64,000 bases of DNA from an uncultured archaeon (GCA_902385635.1 CABMGN010000008.1:130894-194893), one strand, 5' to 3'. Counted from the stretch's first letter, positions 35,575-43,936 are shown. A program made the numbers and translations. The notes: generated from the letters alone by a model not told the origin.

Positions 35575-37863
35575 CTACAGTTTTCTCTTTTTAACTTCTT
35601 GATTTAACCACTTCTGCCATTCAGGAAAGACCCTTTCCCCGGTAGGTAAACCTATGTCTTCCATTACACTCTCAGAAATTTGATGGAAAGCGTTATTTGA
35701 CAAAGCATTAAATTCAGACTCAAGTATTTTTTCATTTCCAAGCTTCTTAGAGATATCTACAATCTCTTTTTTTATTTTTGCCCTTAGAAGAATGTTATCA
35801 TAAACCGCATCCCAGTTTCCAGCCCAACCTTTAACATTAGAAGCTATATCTTTTACAATTTCAGAGTCTCCATTAATCAAATCGTCTGTTGGTTCTAGCT
35901 CATCTTTCTCAACATTATATTTTACGAGGTCGACAAAACCCTGTTCTGCTACAGGATCTTCTTTCCAGTGTTTCCTGATCTCAGATATTTGCAAAAGTCT
36001 TCTCATAAATTTCAATCCGTCAGGGGTTTTAATTGGATTTGCAACAGCAATAATATCTGTCGCTTTGAAACTTGTAGCTGGAACATTGAGATCATTTACA
36101 ACTCTGTCAAAAACACCATACGGGCTTGCACCGTGAATCGTACCTGCAACAACATTTGCTAGGGCACCAACCCTCATGGCCTCGTAAAGCGCTTTTGCTT
36201 CCTCACTTCTTACTTCACCAATAATTAAAGAGGAATCACCTAAACGCAAGCTTGTTCTGATCCCATCCTCTGCAGAAACCTCATTTGAAGTTTTAACCAT
36301 GGCAGATCTAACTTTCATCCTAACAATATTATAATTTAACTTCCTCAAGCTCTCAACAGGCAATTCTGGAGTATCCTCAATAACAACCATCCTATACTTC
36401 GGGATAATTTCTAACATCAAACTTCCCAGAAGGGAAGTTTTACCCGAAGACCTCGTACCAGCAACAAGCAAAGTTCTAGACCCGTCAATTAAAAAACTAA
36501 AGAGCCCTGCCCCGAACGGGTTCAACATTTTATTTTTAATAAAAAGAGGTAAAGTCCACGGATCCTCCCTATGTCTTCTGACTGCATAAGAAAGACCATC
36601 CATCGAAAGAGGTCTCTGGATAATTGCTATTCTTGCTCTCAAAGTTCCTATTTCTAGTTGAGTATCTAAGATTGGATTCGCTTCATCAAGCGGCCTTCCA
36701 GAGATCATTCTAAATTTAGCTGCCCAAGAATCAGTATCTTCCTGACTAGGAAGAATATTTGTTGTACACTCCCCATAATCGCCGTGTCTTAAAAAAATAT
36801 TTGTCTGAGGAATGGGGGCATTCAAATAAATATCCTGTAATTTTTTGTCTTGAAGAAGAACCTCAACAACACCAAAGCCAATAGTATGTCTAACTAAAAT
36901 AGTCGCAAGCTTATTTAGTCCAGCATAATCAAGATCAATGTTTTTCGTCTGAGCTAAGTCTTGAAGGAGATCTTTAGAGATATTAAAAAAAACTTGCCTA
37001 GTCCTCTCGGTGTCAGTAAACTCCTCTGCCTTGGGTTGATGCTCCATCAAAACAACTCGGGCCAAGTTTAGTAACAAGGTATAATCCTCCTCAAGAGTAT
37101 TTTCTGGAGGCGTAAGATGATAAATATATTTAGATTCGCTCTTCTTCTTCAAAATAGTTACTAAAGATTCATCAAAACTTTCTTGAGCAATTTTATACTG
37201 GTCAATAATCTCAGAATCATCTGGCAAGTCTAAAACAAGACGAGTAAAAGTAAAGTTAGGTATTGTATCTGCTTTGAAAATTTTATCATAAATTTCTCTA
37301 CTCCCCCGTTTGTAATCTCCAAGATACTGGAAAAGGTCACGAAGGATTTTAGTAGACTCCATTAGCTCAAAAGTCTTCATTAACAAATGCAAGTAACCAA
37401 CCTCATCTACCTTCCTTTTTTCAGGAAGTTTATCAATAAAGATTCTTTCTTCAATAAGAAGTTTTTTCAAATCATGATATGCTGCTACGGGGTCCTGCTT
37501 TAAGAGGAAAAGAAAAGAAAAGACATCATTATACCTTCTAGCAAAATCCTCATCACTTGTTGCAAATAAAGACTGCCTAGAAAGAATTTTTTCCTGTTTA
37601 ATTAAATAAACATAAATTTGAGCAAGCTCAATGAGATAGTTTGTTTCTTGTTTGTCATAATTATAATTTTTCTGTTGCACAAAGACAATTCTTGAAACAT
37701 TTGGATTCTCTATAAGAGCATCCACAGTTTTAGCCATAACATCAGCAGATTCTGCTATGTTTGGAACAAATGAAGCCCCCAGGTAATTAACATATAAAAT
37801 ATCTTCCCCCCCTTCCCTTTCAACCTGATGGGCATAAAGTGGAGACCCCTCTTTAAATTCCAT
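35575..37863 (-). CDS. Type II/IV secretion-family ATPase (FlaI/PilB/VirB11-like) with ~430-aa N-terminal and ~150-aa C-terminal extensions
   Basis: 762 aa. Walker A LLVAGTRSSGKTSLLGSL, Asp box VVIEDTPEL, Walker B LIIGEVRSEEA, His box AGTIHGASP. Confidence 0.85.
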   Translation of the reverse strand: MEFKEGSPLYAHQVEREGGEDILYVNYLGASFVPNIAESADVMAKTVDALIENPNVSRIVFVQQKNYNYDKQETNYLIELAQIYVYLIKQEKILSRQSLFATSDEDFARRYNDVFSFLFLLKQDPVAAYHDLKKLLIEERIFIDKLPEKRKVDEVGYLHLLMKTFELMESTKILRDLFQYLGDYKRGSREIYDKIFKADTIPNFTFTRLVLDLPDDSEIIDQYKIAQESFDESLVTILKKKSESKYIYHLTPPENTLEEDYTLLLNLARVVLMEHQPKAEEFTDTERTRQVFFNISKDLLQDLAQTKNIDLDYAGLNKLATILVRHTIGFGVVEVLLQDKKLQDIYLNAPIPQTNIFLRHGDYGECTTNILPSQEDTDSWAAKFRMISGRPLDEANPILDTQLEIGTLRARIAIIQRPLSMDGLSYAVRRHREDPWTLPLFIKNKMLNPFGAGLFSFLIDGSRTLLVAGTRSSGKTSLLGSLMLEIIPKYRMVVIEDTPELPVESLRKLNYNIVRMKVRSAMVKTSNEVSAEDGIRTSLRLGDSSLIIGEVRSEEAKALYEAMRVGALANVVAGTIHGASPYGVFDRVVNDLNVPATSFKATDIIAVANPIKTPDGLKFMRRLLQISEIRKHWKEDPVAEQGFVDLVKYNVEKDELEPTDDLINGDSEIVKDIASNVKGWAGNWDAVYDNILLRAKIKKEIVDISKKLGNEKILESEFNALSNNAFHQISESVMEDIGLPTGERVFPEWQKWLNQEVKKRKL

Positions 37864-37884
37864 GGCTCTTCAAAGTGAAATAAG

Positions 37885-37892
37885 TTTAAAAT
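37885..37892 (-). promoter_or_regulatory. TATA-box-like element for the pilus-locus operon
   Basis: The minus-strand ATTTTAAA lies 22-29 nt upstream of the ATPase ATG (37863). Confidence 0.5.
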
Positions 37893-37923
37893 CCTTTATA
37901 TGTTTAAGAATATTGCAAACAAA

Positions 37924-37930
37924 TTTAAAC
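37924..37930 (+). promoter_or_regulatory. TATA-box-like element for the divergent coiled-coil gene pair
   Basis: TTTAAAC begins 27 nt upstream of the ATG at 37951. No such element sits at the right distance from the alternative ATG at 37900. Confidence 0.45.
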
Positions 37931-37950
37931 TACTTTGGATTTGTTTATTC

Positions 37951-38301
37951 ATGGCTGAAGAGGTGGTGTATCAAGATCAGGGAGTAGCAGATTTAACATA
38001 TAAAGTTAGAGATTTAGAAGAAAAACAAAGAATTCTAAAGGATAGGCTTTTACTTATAGGTCAAAATTTAGTTGAGTTAAAAGAAGAAACAACCACAAAA
38101 AACCTAGAAATAAAAAAAGAACTAGAGGAAATAAAACAAGTGATAGAAAGGACAAAATCTTTCTTGGAATCCGCTTCCGATGAATTTACAAAATTTGCAA
38201 GAAAAGAAGATCTAGAAATACTTCAAAAACAAGCCAAACTCTTCCAACCGCTAGAATTTGTAAGAAAAAAAGATTTAAAAGAAATGATGGGCTCTAAATA
38301 A
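37951..38301 (+). CDS. Coiled-coil protein
   Basis: 116 aa from MAEEVVYQDQ. It shows heptad-like E/K/L periodicity throughout. The start was chosen by promoter spacing (the track gives 37900). Confidence 0.5.
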   Translation: MAEEVVYQDQGVADLTYKVRDLEEKQRILKDRLLLIGQNLVELKEETTTKNLEIKKELEEIKQVIERTKSFLESASDEFTKFARKEDLEILQKQAKLFQPLEFVRKKDLKEMMGSK

Positions 38302-38310
38302 TAAGAAAAG

Positions 38311-39030
38311 ATGGGAATAATTGATCAGATTCAACAAATGAAATCTCAGGGAATTCCAGATGATCAAATCGTGGAAAATTTAAAACAGCAGGGGGTTTCT
38401 CCAAAAGAAATAAATGATGCCCTCAATCAAGCTCAGATAAAAAACGCCGTAATGGGGGATCAACAAATGCAGAATCAAAATTACCCCCCAGAGTATCCTC
38501 AACAAGACCCCTATGCCGGACAGCAACAATACTATCAAGAAGGAGCTTACCCTCAACAGTACACAAGTGATCCTTACTCACAACAGCAAATGCCTGTTTC
38601 TAGCGGAATTGATGCTAATACAGTTATGGAAATAGCAGAAAAAGTTTTTGAAGAAAAAATTAAAAAAATAGAAAAACAGGTTTCAGAATTTTCTGAATTT
38701 AAAACACTCTCACAAACAAAACTAGATAATCTCTCTGAAAGATTAAAAAGGATGGAATCTCTGATGGACCAACTTCAAATAAAAATACTTGAAAAGATAT
38801 CCTCATACGGACAAAATTTAGAAGAGATAAAAGGTGAAATGTCTATGATGGAAGATTCCTTCCAAAAAATGACTAACCCTCTTTTAGATAAATCAAATTC
38901 TTCTCAGGAGAGATCACCCAAATCATTTGCTAGGCAAGATCAAACAGTAGAATCAAGTCTACAATCTCCAGGAGAAACAAGTTCAGCAGTAGATGAAATT
39001 TTAAGAAGAAGTCTTAACAAGAAAAAATAA
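38311..39030 (+). CDS. Q/P/Y-rich low-complexity plus coiled-coil protein
   Basis: 239 aa. A small N-terminal helical domain (QGIPDDQIVENLKQQGVSPKEINDALNQAQ), then a Q/Y/P-rich linker, then a coiled coil (KIEKQVSEFSEF...MESLMDQLQIKILEK). Confidence 0.5.
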   Translation: MGIIDQIQQMKSQGIPDDQIVENLKQQGVSPKEINDALNQAQIKNAVMGDQQMQNQNYPPEYPQQDPYAGQQQYYQEGAYPQQYTSDPYSQQQMPVSSGIDANTVMEIAEKVFEEKIKKIEKQVSEFSEFKTLSQTKLDNLSERLKRMESLMDQLQIKILEKISSYGQNLEEIKGEMSMMEDSFQKMTNPLLDKSNSSQERSPKSFARQDQTVESSLQSPGETSSAVDEILRRSLNKKK

Positions 39031-39038
39031 TTCTAAAT

Positions 39039-39617
39039 TTAATGAGCTGGCGCTCCACCATAATTAAGAGTCCTTGCTAGAGGTGAAGAAGTATCGATAC
39101 GATGGCCTTCGGCGTCTGGCCTTCTCGCCATTATTGCTATCAAGATAATAACAAAGACAAGGAGCAATAATCCAGCATTACCCAAAAGATCTATTTCCTG
39201 TCCCCATCCTAGAGCTCCAAAACCCTTTAGAACAACAAATGCAAAAGCAACAATCCCCATAACCAACCAGATCCAATTAGTATTTCTTCCAATAAAAAGA
39301 CCCATCATAATTACTCCTACAAGAACAACTGCAATACCTATTCCAAACCTAGGAAATAGTTCTGCAAAAAATTGTGAAACAAAACCAAATTGAAGAGAAA
39401 TTAAACCAACAGCAAGGCCAATTATCGCACTTACAGATCTATTCTCTTCTCCAAAAAGATTTAGCTTAATTAAAATACCGAAGACAAATGCGAAGATTAT
39501 TAAGAAAGGAAGTATATACGCAAATAGTCCGTACTGTTCCCACTGAGCTAATAAATCTCCGAAACTAACATTTTGTATTGGACCTATAGATACCAACGTC
39601 ACCAACTTTTCTAACAT
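39039..39617 (-). CDS. Integral membrane protein (paralogue of 39655..40167)
   Basis: 192 aa with ~5 TM helices. It shares YILPFLIIFAFVFGILIKLNLFGEENRSVSAIIGLAVGLI with FVLPFLLMFFVVFAVLEKTKVLGDKKQINALVSFVIGLI of its neighbour. Confidence 0.5.
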   Translation of the reverse strand: MLEKLVTLVSIGPIQNVSFGDLLAQWEQYGLFAYILPFLIIFAFVFGILIKLNLFGEENRSVSAIIGLAVGLISLQFGFVSQFFAELFPRFGIGIAVVLVGVIMMGLFIGRNTNWIWLVMGIVAFAFVVLKGFGALGWGQEIDLLGNAGLLLLVFVIILIAIMARRPDAEGHRIDTSSPLARTLNYGGAPAH

Positions 39618-39654
39618 CTTGAAGTTATAATGAAAGAATTATTTAAATATGTTT

Positions 39655-40167
39655 CTAACCCTTAACTTTTGACCCTGTCCAAAGTACAACTGCAAGAGCA
39701 ATTGCGATTATCAAAACAAAAACCGCATTGGTCCAGAAACCGCCACTCCAGCCACTATCAAATAGGAAGTTGAAAGTATCCGAAACACCCTGCCACTGAA
39801 TTCCCGCAGCCCATAAAGTTGCAATAATTACAGCAATAATAGCAACAACCACAATTGCGACTTTAACACTACTTTTTTCAGGAATTTTTATTTCTCCCTG
39901 GAAAGCAAATCCGATCAGTACGTATAACACAAAGATAACAATTACCGCGACAGTTAAGAATAGGATAAGATTTGTAGTCATTCCCCTCTGATAAGCTGCA
40001 CCAACAAAGATTAAACCAATGACAAATGAAACTAAAGCATTAATTTGTTTCTTATCTCCAAGAACTTTTGTTTTCTCTAAAACTGCGAAGACAACAAAAA
40101 ACATTAAGAGAAAAGGAAGTACAAACTGAGAGAATATCCAATGTTGTAGAATTGTCTCTTGCGCCAT
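39655..40167 (-). CDS. Integral membrane protein (paralogue of 39039..39617)
   Basis: 170 aa with ~5 TM helices. See the neighbour for the shared N-terminal motif. Confidence 0.5.
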   Translation of the reverse strand: MAQETILQHWIFSQFVLPFLLMFFVVFAVLEKTKVLGDKKQINALVSFVIGLIFVGAAYQRGMTTNLILFLTVAVIVIFVLYVLIGFAFQGEIKIPEKSSVKVAIVVVAIIAVIIATLWAAGIQWQGVSDTFNFLFDSGWSGGFWTNAVFVLIIAIALAVVLWTGSKVKG

Positions 40168-40431
40168 CTTCTTTATTAATAATAAAAGAGAGAAACTAAT
40201 TTAAATATGTTTCGAATTAATGGGGTTAAGGAAGTAAGTAGTTATTAGGTACAAAATTATTCTTTCGCATCCAAGGAAATATACTCAAGATTAAATTTAT
40301 CGGAATGTAACACCCACAGAGATCAAGGAATAATCCTTTCGTTTTAGAATGTGTATATTTGACAAATAAATTTTCAAATACTCTAAGAAAAAATACTCCA
40401 CGTCTTTTTAAGGTTAAAAATTAAAGGTAAA

Positions 40432-40707
40432 TTAAAATTCTGCTTCTTCAACGCCCATCTCAGCTCCGCCGCTTGGTAAAGCGCCTCGGCTTATAATGAA
40501 AACATCTGTGATAGCCTTAACAAAGTGATGAGGGATTATTACTCCTCTCGCACCGCTAATCATAGGAGACATTCCGCCAGTCACCCTGATTCTCCAGCCA
40601 TCAATTCTGTTCTCGTGAAGGTTACATTCTTCAACCTCTCCGAAGAATTCTCCAGAATCGGTGTATACCTTTTTTCTCAAAACCTCACTTATTCTTCTAA
40701 CTTTCAT
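40432..40707 (-). CDS. PRC-barrel domain protein
   Basis: 91 aa from MKVRRISEVLRKKVYTDSGEFFGEVEECNLHENRIDGWRIRV...VIIPHHFVKAITDVFII. The start is set at 40707 because ATTTAAAT lies at 40729..40736. Confidence 0.65.
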   Translation of the reverse strand: MKVRRISEVLRKKVYTDSGEFFGEVEECNLHENRIDGWRIRVTGGMSPMISGARGVIIPHHFVKAITDVFIISRGALPSGGAEMGVEEAEF

Positions 40708-40760
40708 GGTATAAAAACAACTAAACTTATTTAAATACTTTTCCATTCACTACAATAACC

Positions 40761-40768
40761 TTTATAAA
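40761..40768 (+). promoter_or_regulatory. TATA-box-like element
   Basis: TTTATAAA begins 29 nt upstream of the ATG at 40790. Confidence 0.5.
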
Positions 40769-40789
40769 AAATACTTTCGAGGATATATT

Positions 40790-41416
40790 ATGTTCAATCA
40801 AAAAGAAGTTGGAGTAGTAATATTAGTAACAATAATTCTAGCACTAATAATAAGCTCCGTACAAACTTGGGATAAATTTTTGTATCTCCTTCCAGTAGTA
40901 TTCTTAGTAATTGCAGTAAATGTTATCGCAAAAAAAGTTGCAAGTTTTTATTTAGACTCTGAAGTAGAAATAAAGCTGTGGGAAATTGAAAGATACGGAT
41001 TTAAATCGCACCATAGATTCAACAAAGCAATTCCGGCAGGAGTAATCATGCCAATACTTCTGAAGGTTCTTTCATTTGGATATCTAAATTGGTTAGCCGT
41101 CACTAGTTTTGATGTAAAACCAAAAACATACCGGGCTGCAAAGAGATTTGGTTTATACTCTTTTTCAGAGGTAAGTGAATTTCATATAGGAATAATCGCT
41201 GCCGCAGGAGTAGTTGCGAATTTATTTTTTGCTATTGTTGCTTACCTACTAAATATCCCAGATTTTGCTAGAATAAGCATATTCTACACATTCTTTAATA
41301 TGATTCCAATATCAGACCTAGACGGAAATAAAATCTTCTTTGGAAGTTTGATTTTATGGGCTTTCTTAGCTTCCCTAGTTGTAATTGGAATGTTCTTTGC
41401 TTTATTTGTGATTTAA
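40790..41416 (+). CDS. Site-2-protease (M50)-like membrane protein lacking the HExxH motif
   Basis: 208 aa. It retains the C-terminal FNMIPISDLDGNKIF (the NxxPxxxLDG motif). Where HExxH is expected, the first TM region reads VIAVNVIAKKVASFYLD. Confidence 0.4.
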   Translation: MFNQKEVGVVILVTIILALIISSVQTWDKFLYLLPVVFLVIAVNVIAKKVASFYLDSEVEIKLWEIERYGFKSHHRFNKAIPAGVIMPILLKVLSFGYLNWLAVTSFDVKPKTYRAAKRFGLYSFSEVSEFHIGIIAAAGVVANLFFAIVAYLLNIPDFARISIFYTFFNMIPISDLDGNKIFFGSLILWAFLASLVVIGMFFALFVI

Positions 41417-41417
41417 G

Positions 41418-41645
41418 ATGAAACAGAAAAATAAGAAAAAACAAGAATCTTTTTTCAAAAAAAAGAAAGTTATCTCAGTATTTGCAATTATCTCGCTAGT
41501 TGCAGGGGTTGGATTTCTGAATAAAACAATGACTGGAAATGCGGTTTTAAACCAATCAGCAAGTATACAGTTTACCCCTTTAATTGGTATAGCACTAATA
41601 ATCTGCTCCGGAATTCTAAGTGCATATATTATATTCAGGAGGTAA
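41418..41645 (+). CDS. Small membrane protein consisting of the TM-hairpin module
   Basis: 75 aa. A basic N-terminus, TM1 (VISVFAIISLVAGVGFL), loop NKTMTGNAVLNQSASIQ, TM2 (FTPLIGIALIICSGILSAYIIF), then RR. Confidence 0.45.
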   Translation: MKQKNKKKQESFFKKKKVISVFAIISLVAGVGFLNKTMTGNAVLNQSASIQFTPLIGIALIICSGILSAYIIFRR

Positions 41646-41653
41646 GTTTTCTC

Positions 41654-43237
41654 ATGGAAGAAATTTTTACTAAGATAAAACCTAGAGAATACCAGGAAAA
41701 AATATTTTTAACCTGTCTAGAGAGAAATACATTAATTGTTCTACCCACCGGTTTAGGAAAAACTTTGATTGCATTAATGGTAACGGTTCAAAGAATGAAA
41801 GATTTTCCGGGGAAAAAGGTAGTTTTTCTCGCACCAACAAGACCTTTAGCTGAACAACACTTAAATTACTTCAAAAAAAATCTTCCAGAATTATTTGCAT
41901 CAATGGAACTTTTCACCGGAAAGGTAAACCCCCCAGAAAGAAGAAAAATTTGGCAAACTGCAGATATAATTTTTTCAACACCCCAATGCGTTGCTAATGA
42001 TCTAAAGAATAGATTGTACAATCTTAATGACGTTTGTCTTCTAATAGAAGATGAAGCACATAGATGTGTTAAGAATTATGATTATACTTACATTGCAGCT
42101 AGCTATAAACAGCAAGCCCCAACAGGAATCCAAAGAATAATAGGAATGACTGCCTCTCCTGGAAGCGAAGCTCAAAAAATAAAAGAAATTTGTAAAAATC
42201 TTTCAATAGAAGAAGTAGAATTAAGAAGCAGAATAAGCCCAGATGTTAAAGGATACTTACAAGAACTAGAATTTGAAAAAATAATTGTTGATTTTCCAGA
42301 AGATTTTAATAAAATTAGATTAGCTCTCCAGAAAATAATCGATAACTATATAGAAGAATTAAGAGCGAGAAATGTTCTTTTTGGGGCAGTAAACAAAATA
42401 AAATTAATAGAATTACAAAGAAGCATGATGGCTTCAATTTCTAGAGGAAATCAAAATTTCGGGTATTTTTCAGCAGTAAGTGCGTGTTCGCAAGCAATAA
42501 AACTCCAACACGCGCTAGAGTTATTAGAAACTCAAACACTAGACGGAGTTAATAAGTATCTAAAAGGTTTATTTGACCAGGCATCAAAGAAAAAATCTAA
42601 GGGAGTAGTAAAATTAGTGGCGAGTACAGAATTTAATTTTATATTCGAAGGAGTAACCGAACTGATAGCCAAAGGGAGAGAACACCCCAAAGTAGAACAA
42701 ATATTAGAGATTGTTAAAAGAGAGAAACAGGAGAATAAAAACGTAAAACTAATAGTCTTTACCCAATTTAGAGAAACTGCGGGGCATTTATCAAAAAAGA
42801 TAAATGAAATTTCTGGGGTAACTTCTAAAGTGTTTATCGGTCAAGCAAAAAAATCAAATTCAAAGGGGGAACAAACTGGCCTGAGTCAAAAAGAACAAAA
42901 AAATATAATAGAAGACTTTTCTAATGGAAAAATAAATGTTATCTGCGCAACATCTATTGCAGAGGAAGGGTTGGACATCCCAGAAGTAAACGCAGTTATT
43001 TTTTATGAAACAATTCCCTCGGCAATAAGAGCGATTCAAAGAACAGGACGTACAGCTAGATTAAAAAAAGGTAAATTAATCTTGTTAATAACAAAAAAAA
43101 CAAGAGACGAATCAAATTATTATGTATCAAGAAGTCGAGAAAAGAAAATGACTTCTGCAATTGAAACTGTAAAAAAAGATTTAATAAACAACTCTAGGGG
43201 GTTATCTGAAAAAAATCCCCAAAAGAAATTATTTTAG
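41654..43237 (+). CDS. hef: Hef/FANCM-like SF2 helicase (helicase part only)
   Basis: 527 aa. Motif I LPTGLGKTLIA, motif II IEDEAHR, an inserted helical domain, and motif VI IQRTGRTAR. Confidence 0.8.
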   Translation: MEEIFTKIKPREYQEKIFLTCLERNTLIVLPTGLGKTLIALMVTVQRMKDFPGKKVVFLAPTRPLAEQHLNYFKKNLPELFASMELFTGKVNPPERRKIWQTADIIFSTPQCVANDLKNRLYNLNDVCLLIEDEAHRCVKNYDYTYIAASYKQQAPTGIQRIIGMTASPGSEAQKIKEICKNLSIEEVELRSRISPDVKGYLQELEFEKIIVDFPEDFNKIRLALQKIIDNYIEELRARNVLFGAVNKIKLIELQRSMMASISRGNQNFGYFSAVSACSQAIKLQHALELLETQTLDGVNKYLKGLFDQASKKKSKGVVKLVASTEFNFIFEGVTELIAKGREHPKVEQILEIVKREKQENKNVKLIVFTQFRETAGHLSKKINEISGVTSKVFIGQAKKSNSKGEQTGLSQKEQKNIIEDFSNGKINVICATSIAEEGLDIPEVNAVIFYETIPSAIRAIQRTGRTARLKKGKLILLITKKTRDESNYYVSRSREKKMTSAIETVKKDLINNSRGLSEKNPQKKLF

Positions 43238-43240
43238 AAA

Positions 43241-43936
43241 ATGACAGAAAAGAAGAAAGAAGAAGTATTTGATATATTTTCCAGAAAAAATCCCCTAATC
43301 AAAGAAGAAAGTAAAATAAAAATAATCATAGACCATCGAGAAAAAAATTCTCTAGTTATTCAAGAATTAGTTAAAATGGGTTTTGAAATAGAGTACCAAC
43401 AAATGAAAGTCGGAGATTATCTAGTTAAAGATGTTATAATAGAAAGAAAGACTGTTAGGGATTTTCTCTCATCCATGCTAAATAGAAGATTGGTTCAACA
43501 ATTACAAGAGCTACAACAGTATCCAAACAAACTTCTTTTAATAGAAGGGATAAACAAAGAAGAATTGTATAGCGAAAAAAAAGAAGGCATTAATCCAAAT
43601 GCGATTAGAGGTTTTCTTATTTCAATTTTACTTAAGTTTAAAATTCCAATTATTTTTACAAAAGACTACGAAGATACCGCAAAGTTTATTTCAGTTATAG
43701 CAAAGAAGAAACAGAGATCAGAACTCCCGTTAAATGTAAAGAAAAAAGTATTTAATAAAAAAGAGCAGATGCAGTATATCTTAGAGTCTTTTCCCGGAAT
43801 AGGCCCAGCAACAGCAAAAAAACTTCTTGAAAAGCACAGGACCCTTAAAAAAATATTTAGCCTTTCTAAAGAAAAACTTGAAAAAGACCTTGGGAAAAAA
43901 GCAGGAACATTTGGAATTATCAAAGAAGAGTATTAA
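43241..43936 (+). CDS. xpf: ERCC4/XPF-type nuclease with C-terminal (HhH)2
   Basis: 231 aa. IIIDHREKNS, KVGDYLV...IIERKTVRDFLSS (ERK motif), and FPGIGPATAKKLLEKH (HhH). It is in the same frame as the helicase gene, separated only by TAG-AAA. Confidence 0.8.
   Translation: MTEKKKEEVFDIFSRKNPLIKEESKIKIIIDHREKNSLVIQELVKMGFEIEYQQMKVGDYLVKDVIIERKTVRDFLSSMLNRRLVQQLQELQQYPNKLLLIEGINKEELYSEKKEGINPNAIRGFLISILLKFKIPIIFTKDYEDTAKFISVIAKKKQRSELPLNVKKKVFNKKEQMQYILESFPGIGPATAKKLLEKHRTLKKIFSLSKEKLEKDLGKKAGTFGIIKEEY

Noticed and set aside
35575-37863. An MshEN-type c-di-GMP receptor motif in the ATPase N-terminus, which would link it to the GGDEF gene.
   Set aside because: I could not find the RLGxx(L/V/I)(L/V/I)xxG(L/V/I)(L/V/I)xxxxLxxxLxxQ-type pattern in the N-terminal 430 residues.
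43235-43237. TAG as a sense codon (pyrrolysine or other recoding) to fuse Hef and XPF.
   Set aside because: TAG terminates several conserved genes at their expected ends (SRP54, the HIT protein, Nop10), and no pyl genes are seen in the window. Only local readthrough or a genuine split remain plausible.
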